Assembly: GCA_965206595.1 (NCBI GenBank)
Contig: OZ242214.1
Location: 3,200,001 to 3,264,000 of the forward strand
Reading direction: 5' to 3'
DNA from: Candidatus Latescibacterota bacterium
GTDB taxonomy: Bacteria > Latescibacterota > UBA2968 > UBA8231
DNA length: 64,000 nt
The notes beneath the pieces were generated by a model. The model saw only the letters and a list, made by a program, of their open reading frames with translations, was not told the origin of the DNA and did no database searches. Shown here piece by piece: positions 10,824 through 20,918 of the stretch; position 1 is the stretch's first letter, and every line of letters starts with the position of its first letter. Made by a program: the position numbers and the translations under genes.

Positions 10824-12269
10824 GGCTCCTCTGGAGAATCTGTGGGTGAGGAGGGGAGGCTGCGGCGATGGGAATAGAGGAGGCCAGGTAGCCCAGGCGC
10901 ATCATCCCCCGGTATGTTGGGACAGTCCACCAAGACGGAACCCAACTACCTGTGGAGGGAATGATGCGCCTGATCACGGTACTAAACCGGTGCACGACCT
11001 TCAAGCGGTTTGTGTTTGAGGGCAGTCATTTTGACCGGCACGGAAGGATAATGGTGAGGATAAGGCCACGGAAAAACTCCCGGGGCGCGTGCAGCGGCTG
11101 CGGTCACTTGGCCCCCACCTATGACACGGCCCCCGAGGCCCGGCTGTTCGAGTTTGTTCCCCTCTGGGGGTTTCCGGTCTTTCTGGTGTATCGCATGCGC
11201 CGGGTTGCCTGCAAAGCCTGCGGCCGGGTGGTCGTCGAGAAGGTCCCCTGGAGCACGGGCAAGCACCACCTGACCGACCTCTACCGCTGCTTCCTGGCCC
11301 AGGGGGCCAAAAAACTGTCGTGGATCGAGGTGGCGCGTTCCTTCCGGACCCGTTGGGACAAGGTCTACCACTCCGTCCAGTACGTCGTGGACTATGGGCT
11401 CGCTCATCGCTGCCTCGACCAGGTCACGGCCCTCGGCGTGGATGAAATCCAGTATCGTAAGGGGCCTCATTATCTGACGTTGCTGTACCAGATCGACCCC
11501 CACCGCCGCCGCCTGTTGTGGATGGGCGAGAAGCGGACGAAGAAGGCCTTGAACGACGGCTTTACCGAACGGGAGCAGGAGCACCGGCGCAAGCAGGAAG
11601 CCGGCGGCGAGCAGGAGCCGACCCGTTTCCTCGACCAGATTACCGTCATCTGCTCTGATATCTGGAAAGCCTACCTCGACGTTATCAGCAAGCGGCTCCC
11701 CACCGCGGTACCTATTCTCGACCGTTTTCACCTCATGCAGCACTTCAGCAAGGCCCTCGACAAAGTCCGTGCCGAAGAGGCCCGCAGACTCAAAGAACAG
11801 GGCCAGGATCCGGTCCTGAGCAAGAGCCGCTGGTGCTTCCTGAAGCGCAAGGAGAACCTCAGCGACTCCCCCCCAAGGCTTGAAGCTGTCGGAGCTATTG
11901 AAGATGAACCTGCGGACGGTCAGAGCCTACCTGCTCAAGGAGGACTTCCAGCGCTTCTGGGACTACACCTACTCCGCGTGGGCTGAGAAGTTCCTCCAGC
12001 GCGGGTGTTTCCGTACGATGAGAAGCAACATCGAACCGATGAAAGACATCGCCGGAATGCTGCGGCGTCACCAAGAGCTCATCCTCAATTGGTTCAGGGC
12101 CAGGAAGCAGTTCAACAACGGCATGGTCGAGGGCTTGAGCCTGAAATGGAATCTGACAGGGAGAAAAGCATTCGGATGCCGCACCTTCAAGGCACTCCAA
12201 ATCGCTTCATTCCATCAGCTCGGCGATTTACCCGAGCCACAATTCACCCACGAATTCTACTGACGAGCC
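10824..12269 (+). mobile_element. ISL3-family element (transposase 10961-12263, frameshift at the C-run near 11868)
   Basis: Imperfect TIRs GGCTCCTCTGGAGAAT / ATTCTACTGACGAGCC; CSGC..CKAC zinc finger, GVDE, DRFH, NGMVEG motifs; flanks do not form a duplication. Confidence 0.9.
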
Positions 12270-13403
12270 AAAAAGGAGAATCCCGTCAGAAACGATCTCC
12301 TCGCGGCCAAGAAGCCTTTTAAACGGGAGATCTCATTATCGAATTCGGAAGTTGTGCCACTCCTGGCTTTGTCCAAGTTCACGTCCGACCTGATCAACTC
12401 GTAAGTTGAGTCTATCTGAGCCCCTACGGCGCCGAACCCTTGGTCGATGACGATTCCGACCTTTTTCCAGAACGACTCGCGCCAAGTGTCATACTCCATT
12501 AACCTCTGAAATAGAAGGTGGTATCGAAAATGGGAATGCTGAAAGACAGTCTCAAGATCCGCACGGTATTCCCCGGACCAGTGATTCCCGAATGAAGCAT
12601 CGTGATCCCAGGGCATTACTTGCTCCAGGCGCCCACCCGGATGGAAATAGAGCAAGGTATTCTTCGTCACTGCGTCCATATTGGAGATGGCATATGTGAC
12701 TGCGTAGTATCGAAGGACACTCTCCACATTCACCATGGAAGGAATCTTCTCTTCAAAGTCCTCGTGGGTCAGATATAGGAGCTGATTGAACAGGCGCTGC
12801 AAATCGGTGTAGTTGGATTCATCCCCAGCCTTCTTGTTCCAGGACGAAAGGTAGTTATCGTACTCCAGCAACGGCGCCGTACTGCCTCCGTGATCCTCGG
12901 ATTTGTAGAGACTTCCGAGCTCATGCTCGTAACGTCTCAGGAAGTCTTTGTTCGTCTCCTCTACCTGGACAAAGACGCCCATAAAGTCGTCGTTGACGAT
13001 TAGGCTGACGTGTTTGGTATTCGGGGCCGGATGGCCAAGGAATTGAAAACAGCTTCATGGTCAGGACGTTGCGCATCAATGAAAGATCAGTGTATTCCGC
13101 ATTGAGATTGACCTCCCTTGCTCCGATGGGATTGGAGTAATCCTCAAACCAGATTTTCCAACTTTTCTTCGGGTACTTCCGGGCGGTGGCGCCGCGGAAT
13201 CGAACCTGGCACTCGCGAGATTGGCCGACGAAGGTGAATCGGGCTGGATAGCGGACGTCGCTGTGTGGTGCCTGATATAGAGAACTCAGGTCGTCGGGAT
13301 CGACGGTCAGGCGATATACAGGCAATTCGAGCCGATGATCTTGGGCCTGGAGGAAGGGTGCATGAATAACCACCAGGAAAAAAACGAGAACCGGCAACCT
13401 CAT
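12270..13403 (-). pseudogene. CotH kinase family protein; frameshift near 13045 and 3' end abutting ISL3
   Basis: Signal peptide; VRFRGATARKYPKKSWKI, LNAEYTDLSLMRN, (frame-corrected) LFQFLGHPAPNTKHVSLIVNDDFMGVF, NMD..KN, PWDHDASFG. Confidence 0.8.
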
Positions 13404-13570
13404 TTACAAAAAGCCTTCGCAGAGAATCCTAAGGGGGACCGCCCGCACCGCCCCTGCCCTCCCGGCGAAGGGCGCCATCCCCGTCCTCCAGAAGGCAGGT
13501 GATCGATCAAGGTCCTGAGTGATGGCCGTGCAGGGAATACACCGGCAACGGGCGGGCATCGGCAGAGGCC

Positions 13571-14341
13571 TCACACCACGATGTCGGTTCCACTGCCTGC
13601 TCCCTCGAGACAATTGTCGATCACGTACCGGTATTTCGAGTATCCGCGCTGGACAAGGGAGAAACGCTTGATGAGGTCCAGCGCCCAGAAAGGCACCAGG
13701 GATTCGGTCTTGATCTCCATGACGACGGGGGACTCCGCCCACTGAGCGGTGACCGCGTCGTCGTAGTAGCTCATCTCCTCATCATGGCTCGACAGGTCGT
13801 ACGAACCGCGCATCAGCCGGTAGCGCATAGCGCGGTCGAACGTAATGCGTCCGTAGGCGTCCACGTCGCTGACGAAGGGCTGCCGGTGGTAGCGGAGATG
13901 GAGCACGGGCTCGGTGCCGTACAGATGATGGACGTCGACGAAGGACCGCGGCAGGGCATCGTACGTCGGCGAGGTGCGTTCGCTCCTGGCGATTTCGAGC
14001 ACCCCGGGCCACTCCGTCATAGCGATTCGGTCGCGGACCTTCCAGACGGTGCGGTTGTGCCGGTACTTGACCTCGAGGGTGGCAGACTCGACGGCGCCGG
14101 TTCCGTAATAGCGGACCCTGGGTTTGAACCGCAGCAGCTCGCGCAGCCTGGTGTCGTGGTAGAAGCGCAACCCGGGAGTATCCATGTACACGCTGTTGAC
14201 CGTGTAGGCTCCCTGCTCCCTGGGGACGTTGGCGTCGAGCGAAAACAGCGGCTTGATGAAATCGCGAATTTCCGCGGCCTGCGGCTCGGTCACGGTGTAC
14301 TTCAACTCGTAGCGGTGGATCGCAGGCAGCTCAACTGCCAT
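13571..14341 (-). CDS. VTC (polyphosphate polymerase) domain protein
   Basis: RYELKY, YTVNSVYMDTP, RFKPRVRYY, LEVKYR, RITFD, VMEIK and GYSKY motifs of the VTC/CYTH tunnel fold. Confidence 0.9.
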   Translation of the reverse strand: MAVELPAIHRYELKYTVTEPQAAEIRDFIKPLFSLDANVPREQGAYTVNSVYMDTPGLRFYHDTRLRELLRFKPRVRYYGTGAVESATLEVKYRHNRTVWKVRDRIAMTEWPGVLEIARSERTSPTYDALPRSFVDVHHLYGTEPVLHLRYHRQPFVSDVDAYGRITFDRAMRYRLMRGSYDLSSHDEEMSYYDDAVTAQWAESPVVMEIKTESLVPFWALDLIKRFSLVQRGYSKYRYVIDNCLEGAGSGTDIVV

Positions 14342-15644
14342 CGTGCCCCACCTCTTTCTGCAGAACCCCCGGATCCTCTATGCCCAGCTCGTAGTACAGG
14401 AAATAGAGGGCGTGCGCCAGTTCGCGTTGGCTCTCGGCGATTGCGACCCGCGCATCCATGATCGTGCGCTCGAGCTCGAGGATTTCGTCAGCCGGCACGG
14501 TAGGGTAGTCCCGTGTCTCGGCGATCACCAGCGACGATGCCTGGATGACGGCCTCGCCCTCCTGGAGGGTCAGGTCGCGGGCGAGCAGTGTCTCCGTGTA
14601 GTCGGAGAGCGTTTCGCGGACCTCCTCGGCGATGCGCTCGCGAACGGAAAGGACCTCGAGCCCGCTTCCCGACACCGCAAGGAAAACGCCGGCCAGGTTG
14701 CCCGCATTGCGGTTGAAGAGGGGGAGCTCCAGGCCGAACCTCAGCTCATGCCAGTCACCTTCGGAACGCTCGAAGTGTCGGGAAACCTCCAGGAAAGACA
14801 ACTGCGGCAGCCGCCGCCAGCTCTCGCGGTTTCGCCTTTCGAGGGCGAGTTGTCGCTGCTCCTCGGCCAACCGAAGCTCCGGGCGGTTGGCGTAGGCGAG
14901 GCCAAGGAGTCGCTCTTCATCCAAGGCGACTTCGGGAAGCGGCTCAGAAAGCACCTGGATCTGCGTGGAGATACCCGTGAGTCGTCGCAACCTGCGCTCT
15001 TCCTCCCGCAGTGCGTGCAAGCTGCGAAGGTGACCCTGCCGCGCTTCGGCTACGGCCGTTTTTGCTTTGACGAAGTAGACGATCGATCTCCGACCGAGGT
15101 CCATCATGGTCTCGATCTGGGAGATCCGCAGGTTCTCATTCTCAACCCGCATGGCGGCGATGCGGGCCAGTTCGGCGTGCATGGCGATATCGGCGCAGGA
15201 TCGGCGCACTCGCGAAGCCAGCCAATGCCGCTCCCGTACGGCCTCGACCTTGCGCTCCCACAAGGCTACCTGCTTCCGCTGCCGTCGCGCTCCCGCCTCT
15301 CCGGCGGAAGGAGGACGCCAGCGGATCCCTATCTCGAGTTCGTCGAACCGGGCGGTACCGGCCCGGGAGGCCAGGTTGCGGACGCGCACTTCCGGATTGT
15401 CGATCCAGTCGAGCGAGCGAATCCGGTGGGTGCGAACCTCGGTCTCTGTTTCGAGCGCACGGAGCCGCGGGTTGTTGTCCAAACCCACCGCCACCGTTGC
15501 TTCAATCGTCAGGGTCACCCCGTCCTTGTGGGCGGCGTTGTGACCGCCCGGGGCTTCGCCCGGGAGATCGGCGGAGGCTGCCGTCGAAGCGGGGATCGCA
15601 ACGAAAGGGGCCAGCACCACGAGAAACCGGCCGCCTGCTCTCAT
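14331..15644 (-). CDS. TolC-family outer membrane efflux protein
   Basis: Signal peptide; LTIEATVAVGLDNNPRL, AYANRPEL, GLELPLFNRNAGN; ATGA overlap with the upstream HlyD gene. Confidence 0.85.
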   Translation of the reverse strand: MRAGGRFLVVLAPFVAIPASTAASADLPGEAPGGHNAAHKDGVTLTIEATVAVGLDNNPRLRALETETEVRTHRIRSLDWIDNPEVRVRNLASRAGTARFDELEIGIRWRPPSAGEAGARRQRKQVALWERKVEAVRERHWLASRVRRSCADIAMHAELARIAAMRVENENLRISQIETMMDLGRRSIVYFVKAKTAVAEARQGHLRSLHALREEERRLRRLTGISTQIQVLSEPLPEVALDEERLLGLAYANRPELRLAEEQRQLALERRNRESWRRLPQLSFLEVSRHFERSEGDWHELRFGLELPLFNRNAGNLAGVFLAVSGSGLEVLSVRERIAEEVRETLSDYTETLLARDLTLQEGEAVIQASSLVIAETRDYPTVPADEILELERTIMDARVAIAESQRELAHALYFLYYELGIEDPGVLQKEVGHDGS

Positions 15645-16732
15645 CGCCCCGGTCTCCCGATTTCCGGGCCGCTCTCTTCCGCAAGGGCGCCCCACGGTGC
15701 GGACGGGCGATCGGCAAGGCGTACGCGTACGGACTCGCCGGGCAGCAGGAGGTGGCCCGGCTCGAGGAGGACACGGGCTTTTCTCGCCCACAACATCTGC
15801 CCGCGCAGCCACAGTCTCTCAGGCATAGGTGAGTACCCCGGATGCACGAAGTCGATCCTCCCTCTGGCGTCGAACTCGCTCGACCGCCTCGACATCACTT
15901 CCACCTTCTGCCCGACATCGACCTGCAGGTCCTTCGTCTCCGGGACATACACTTCAACCGCGGAGGCGTGGGCGCTCTCCACGGAAACAATGGGCACGAA
16001 GGCATCGACCGTACTTCCTTGCAAGGCCAGGATCTCGGAGACCGATCCCGCACACGGCGACCTGACCGTCCGGTACTCGATGCGCTGATCGATCAGGGCG
16101 AGTGACTGCCGGACCTCGTGCAGGCGCTGCACCCGGTCCCCGAGAAGCGAAATCATGATGCTGTCGCCATAGGCACTCGAACCGCCGGCGCCAAGGTTGA
16201 GCACATCGGGCCGAATGAGGGCCGACTGTTCGGCTACCGACTGCTCCAGGGCATCGCGGCGGATGGTCATGCGGGTCAGATCGCGATCCTGTCCCAGGCC
16301 GGCTTTCTCCGCTGCCGCAAGGGCGTCGATTTCCCGGCCGAGGGCCTCGAGCTCGGCCTCCTCCGCCTTGACGGCGGCGTACTGCTCGGACACGCGCAGT
16401 CGCAAAAGGTCGTACTCGACGCTGTATCGACGCCGGTCTGCAGTTACTATCGACTCCAGGGCGGCCAGCTCTTCTTCACGTAGTCGTTTTTCCGCCAACA
16501 GATCCGAGGCGTCCAGGCGAGCCAGGACCTGTCCGGAAACGACGCTTTCCCCCACGGCGGTACTCACCTCCTGGATGGCACCTCCCTCGCGAGCGCCCAC
16601 CGATCGCACCGTCGATACCACCGTGCCGATCAGGTACGGGTCGGCACGCCACTCCCGATAGCCGTAGGCCGCGGCAAGCACGCCCGCCACCCACAGGGCA
16701 CGAAAAGAGTTCTTCCTCAGCCAGCGCTTCAT
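15641..16732 (-). CDS. HlyD-family membrane fusion protein
   Basis: N-terminal TM; lipoyl half-motifs GAIQEVSTAVGESVVSGQVLARLD and VRSPCAGSV; coiled coil; beta-barrel ending LLPGESVRVRL. Confidence 0.85.
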   Translation of the reverse strand: MKRWLRKNSFRALWVAGVLAAAYGYREWRADPYLIGTVVSTVRSVGAREGGAIQEVSTAVGESVVSGQVLARLDASDLLAEKRLREEELAALESIVTADRRRYSVEYDLLRLRVSEQYAAVKAEEAELEALGREIDALAAAEKAGLGQDRDLTRMTIRRDALEQSVAEQSALIRPDVLNLGAGGSSAYGDSIMISLLGDRVQRLHEVRQSLALIDQRIEYRTVRSPCAGSVSEILALQGSTVDAFVPIVSVESAHASAVEVYVPETKDLQVDVGQKVEVMSRRSSEFDARGRIDFVHPGYSPMPERLWLRGQMLWARKARVLLEPGHLLLPGESVRVRLADRPSAPWGALAEESGPEIGRPGR

Positions 16733-16735
16733 CAA

Positions 16736-17416
16736 CTACACCTCTACGGCAGAGGAGTGGTTCATGAAGGTCAGCCCGCGTATGCCTTCTATCCGTCCGA
16801 GAGCCTCGATCAGTCGGGTCGAGTCCGCTTCGTCGGCGAGTTTCACCTGGTAGGTGCAGTCGACGAGATTGCCTTGGGCGACATCGCGCATGGTGACCAG
16901 GCCGAACGTTCTCGGTACCTCTTGCAGTATCCGGGCAACCTGGGCGGCAAAGGTCGGCCCCGTCGGTATCTGGAACCGCACGAGTCCATCGAATTTCATC
17001 CGCGTGCCGAACAGGGACGCGTGCATGACTACCGCGATCGTACAGAACAGGGCGGTGGCGAAGGTGGCGGCGAGGTAGCTCTGAACGCCGCAGGCTACCC
17101 CGGCACCAAGAGCAGCGAACAGGAACACCAGATCGCGCGGATCGCGCAGGTTGGTGCGAAAACGAATGATGGCCAGCGACCCCACAATTCCGATGCCCCT
17201 GGCGACGTTGTCGCCGATCGCAATCATCAGCAGACAGGTGATGATGCTGCCGAGAACCATGGTCTGCATCAAACCGCGCGACCAGGACAGGCCCTGGAAA
17301 GTCCACTCGTACACCATTGCGATTAGGCTCGAAAGGCAAAAGGCGAATACGAGAGAGAGCAGGACCTGGTTCCAGTGGAGTTTGATCGTTCCGAAATCGA
17401 GCAACAGACTATCCAT
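16736..17416 (-). CDS. DUF4956 family membrane protein
   Basis: IGDNVARGIGIVGSLAIIRFRTNLRDPRDLVFLF..GVACG signature followed by a small soluble C-terminal domain. Confidence 0.9.
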   Translation of the reverse strand: MDSLLLDFGTIKLHWNQVLLSLVFAFCLSSLIAMVYEWTFQGLSWSRGLMQTMVLGSIITCLLMIAIGDNVARGIGIVGSLAIIRFRTNLRDPRDLVFLFAALGAGVACGVQSYLAATFATALFCTIAVVMHASLFGTRMKFDGLVRFQIPTGPTFAAQVARILQEVPRTFGLVTMRDVAQGNLVDCTYQVKLADEADSTRLIEALGRIEGIRGLTFMNHSSAVEV

Positions 17417-17482
17417 CAGACACTGACTCCTGGGCTTCTTTCAAGGTGTGACGGAGAGTGAAAGGGCGACTCCTGAGCCCTT

Positions 17483-17491
17483 AATATACCA
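17483..17491 (-). promoter_or_regulatory. Candidate extended -10 promoter for the DUF4956 operon
   Basis: TGgTATATT on the minus strand in an AT-rich patch about 70 bp upstream of the DUF4956 start. Confidence 0.35.
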
Positions 17492-17663
17492 TTGAATTTC
17501 GAAATCCTGGTGGACACGGGCACGGAAGGAAAGAATCGCCCTGCGTCGTCCGGGCCGGCCGGGCCAAGCAAGGCCCCGCAGACCATCGACGCGTTTTTCC
17601 AGCACTATCCCCCAGCGACTTCAGAAGGCCCGGTATCCGCCGGGCTGCCGCTTGCCGACCAAA

Positions 17664-20600
17664 TCACCGACTTCCGGCGACCTTCAACATTTTCCTGGTC
17701 GTGGAGAACCCGTTGATCCTGATGCGGCACAGGTAGACTCCCGATGCGACCTCATATCCGTCTGCGGATCGGCCGTCCCAGACCAGCGAGTGATCGGTTG
17801 TCTCCATGATCTCGTCATCGACAAGCGTTGCCACAGGGGCTCCCAACAGATTGAACACCTGAACGGACACGTTGGCAGTTCTGGGCAAGCTCAAGAACAC
17901 CGTGGTTTTGGTGGAAAAAGGATTCGGATAGTTGACGACCTTCGCGCCCGGATTCGATGCGGAGGGAGCACCCGGAGCATTCCACGCTCCCGGCGTCCCC
18001 CCGTTAGGTGAGGCGTACCAGTTTTCGGGCCGGGAGTTGTCGACCGTGGGCTCAACCAGGGCCAGGGTAAAGCCTGTTCCGTTTGGCTCAGTTGGCCAGG
18101 GAGGGCGCTCGTCATACGCAACCGAATCGACAACCCGCTCGAGGTCGGTCAATAGGGTAAGGTGGTCACCACGGCTGCTCAGTCCGAAGGGAAAGTTTCC
18201 GAAACAACCGTCCGTCTCCGGAAAGACCGTCAGAAAATCGGTGCTGTCACGGCAAATCACGACGTACCCGCCCGCTCCAAGAAGGACATCGGGGGGCAGA
18301 ATGAAGTCGGGCGAGTTCCCCGCATCGCGAAAGCGCCAGCCCCCGATCTCGAGGGGGGCCGAGCCAAAGTTGTGAAGCTCAGCCCAATCTCCGGAGTCCA
18401 GAGCCTCACTCGAATTGTAATTGATTTCGTTGATCACAACGGGCAGCTGCCCGGGTGAAACGGGGTCCTGCTCAGATGAAGTGAACCGGGCGGTAAGCTC
18501 GTAGTTCTCCTCGATGGAAATTCTGGCTTGGAAGGTGTCGGAAACCGGATCCGACCAACTGTCGAACTCGAACCCGGAAGCCGGAACCGCAACCACATCG
18601 ATGGGCACCCCGTTGAAGTAGAGACCGGATGAGCTTGTAACTCTTACGGGTACCGTGTTTACAAAAATGGTACCAGCTCCCTCGGGCTCGACTTCGAGGG
18701 AAAGCGTGGATCGGCCCCCCAGGGAAAATTGAGTCTGCAGGTGACTCCATACATAGCTTGCCCTCACCCGGGCGAAGGCCCGCATCACGTCGAGATTGGA
18801 ATCCCACTCCTCTATCGTAGCGAACGCCTTTCCATAGAACGGGGAAGGGAATCGTTCCCACCGCTGGGAATGCCGGGGTATTTCATCCGCAACAGGGTTC
18901 CTCATGCCGTCGATTACGGAATCGACGCGGGTCCATTCAAAAGTGGTGTTCAGATGGCCTGCGAACCGTTGAATGAAATCGTGCCTGATTTCATCGATCT
19001 CGAGAAGGTTTTGCATGAGGAAAGTAGCCCAGGGTGGATTCGGCCATCCACGACCGGGAGTGGTCGCCAAGGCAACCATATCGAGTTCGGGAGGGCTGGG
19101 GTTCAATGCCAGAGGCAAGTTGAATCCGTAGTCCAAATCGAAGAGTATCCATCGCCAGCGGCCGTTCGCACTGTGGGGACGCCAGAATTCCCAATTGTTA
19201 CCGGGCCAATCGGTATTCGCCACGTACATTTCCGCAATCTGGTAATTGAGAAATTCATCGAGATCCAGCCGGGCCCGTATCTCCTCAAGGGCGCCGACGT
19301 CCTGCAGATCACTGCTCTCGAGGTAGCTCAGAAATGACTGAAAATGTTCGGCGTCTCCTACCCTCACCTCTGAATCGTTGACGAGGTAATCGATTGCGTC
19401 CGATCCAAATCCATGGTTATCGGATATGTAGTCGACTGAAATGCGCTCGCGCATGTTGTGGATACCCCAGTACTGGCCATTGAGGTAAAGAACGACAGGC
19501 CTGTAGGCTTGGTAATCGATATCCATGCGATCCTTGACCAGGGCCTGCATGATCGCGTCGCGAAGGAGCGTGTAGGTCCAGTCATTGCCCGAGTTGCGCA
19601 GAATGAAACCCTTGTATCGGGTTATAGTCTTATCGGGGAAGAGAGGATAATAGATGGCCTCATTGCCGTACCTCCGGCGAGCGTGTATGGCGATCGACTT
19701 CTGCGGCTGGTTGCGAGACCATCCGCCGTGAATTTTCACGCCCACATCCTGGGAGAATTCCAGCCTGCCGCCGGCATCGTTAAATTCGATATGGGCAGGG
19801 CGTTCCCAGTCGCGCGTGAAGTTCGTGCGATCTCCCTTGATATAAATACCCACCTTTCCGCTCCAGAGATGTTCCGGATCGACAGCTAAGGAAACAGTCG
19901 GCAGGCTGACCTCCTCACCGATAAAGTAGGTGCTGGTTATCACGTCACTGGGGAGATGCCCTTCGGTGACCGCGAGTAATCGCAAGACTGTTGTGGTTTC
20001 CATGCGGACTCCGGAACCCTTGTAACGTCTTTTCCTCGTTGGGATGCTGCCATCGGTAGAGAAGAAGATGCTGGTGTTGGCATCCGGATGGCTCAAGGAA
20101 ACGGTGAGCGGACTGTCGTAATAGCCGCCCAAATGCGAGTAGGTGGGAGCCTGGGAATGGTGAAGCTTTCCCGGGGAAACGTTTCCCCTCCCCGGAGATG
20201 GCTCATCCACAAAGAACCAGGCTTCTCCGTTCGGTACTCGAGCGTAGGAAACGTCGGGGCGCAGGGGACCGAGGGTCACTGAATCGAGGAGTGTCGTGCC
20301 GTCCGAAGCAAACAATCCCAACTGCTCGCCGTTTGAAGAGAGTCTGAAATTCAAATGGAGCCCCTCCTGATCGTGGTCTCCGTCCGCCCAAAGCAGAATG
20401 AATCTACCGGCAGGGATGGTGGTGGCTTTCCGGTCATTTGTGGGAAATCGGAAGGCCCTTGGATTGGTCAGGTCATCGGTGATGAACATTCCACCAATGT
20501 TCGCGGCGCGGCCGCCGGCATTGTATATCTCTATCCAATCGTCGAATTGGCCGTACTGGTCGGCACAGCAGGACTGGTTGTTCGACATCAGTTCGTTTAT

Positions 20601-20675
20601 GAGCAACCCTTCGGCAAACAGTGAACGGGGTAGGCTGAAACAGCCGGCAAGAACGGCAAGAAGGACGATGCCCAT
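17664..20675 (-). CDS. Secreted multidomain CotH kinase (lamin-tail, FN3-associated, CotH, lamin-tail, FlgD/T9SS-like CTD)
   Basis: LLINELM..DWIEIYN; YFIGE; ILRNSGND; NTDWPGNN; WRWILFDLDYGF; VVINEINY; C-terminal NYPNPF...WDGRSADG..ASGVY. Confidence 0.9.
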   Translation of the reverse strand: MGIVLLAVLAGCFSLPRSLFAEGLLINELMSNNQSCCADQYGQFDDWIEIYNAGGRAANIGGMFITDDLTNPRAFRFPTNDRKATTIPAGRFILLWADGDHDQEGLHLNFRLSSNGEQLGLFASDGTTLLDSVTLGPLRPDVSYARVPNGEAWFFVDEPSPGRGNVSPGKLHHSQAPTYSHLGGYYDSPLTVSLSHPDANTSIFFSTDGSIPTRKRRYKGSGVRMETTTVLRLLAVTEGHLPSDVITSTYFIGEEVSLPTVSLAVDPEHLWSGKVGIYIKGDRTNFTRDWERPAHIEFNDAGGRLEFSQDVGVKIHGGWSRNQPQKSIAIHARRRYGNEAIYYPLFPDKTITRYKGFILRNSGNDWTYTLLRDAIMQALVKDRMDIDYQAYRPVVLYLNGQYWGIHNMRERISVDYISDNHGFGSDAIDYLVNDSEVRVGDAEHFQSFLSYLESSDLQDVGALEEIRARLDLDEFLNYQIAEMYVANTDWPGNNWEFWRPHSANGRWRWILFDLDYGFNLPLALNPSPPELDMVALATTPGRGWPNPPWATFLMQNLLEIDEIRHDFIQRFAGHLNTTFEWTRVDSVIDGMRNPVADEIPRHSQRWERFPSPFYGKAFATIEEWDSNLDVMRAFARVRASYVWSHLQTQFSLGGRSTLSLEVEPEGAGTIFVNTVPVRVTSSSGLYFNGVPIDVVAVPASGFEFDSWSDPVSDTFQARISIEENYELTARFTSSEQDPVSPGQLPVVINEINYNSSEALDSGDWAELHNFGSAPLEIGGWRFRDAGNSPDFILPPDVLLGAGGYVVICRDSTDFLTVFPETDGCFGNFPFGLSSRGDHLTLLTDLERVVDSVAYDERPPWPTEPNGTGFTLALVEPTVDNSRPENWYASPNGGTPGAWNAPGAPSASNPGAKVVNYPNPFSTKTTVFLSLPRTANVSVQVFNLLGAPVATLVDDEIMETTDHSLVWDGRSADGYEVASGVYLCRIRINGFSTTRKMLKVAGSR

Positions 20676-20918
20676 TCCGGGCCGGTTTGTGAGATCAGTT
20701 GGTATCAGTGTCGTAGCTCCTCAGGAGATTCTCGGAGGCGCACCGGGTACATGGGTGTACGGCCCCGAGTAGCTGCCAGGCATGGGCGGAAGTTGCCGGT
20801 TCCCGTCTGCAGCGGACCAAGGCCCACTATCTACCGTCCGTCTGCCCCAACCGGCAGCCCCGCAGCGGGAAATGCCGAAAGCCCCAGGAAGGAAACAAGG
20901 GCGGCCCGAAGCGCCTTC

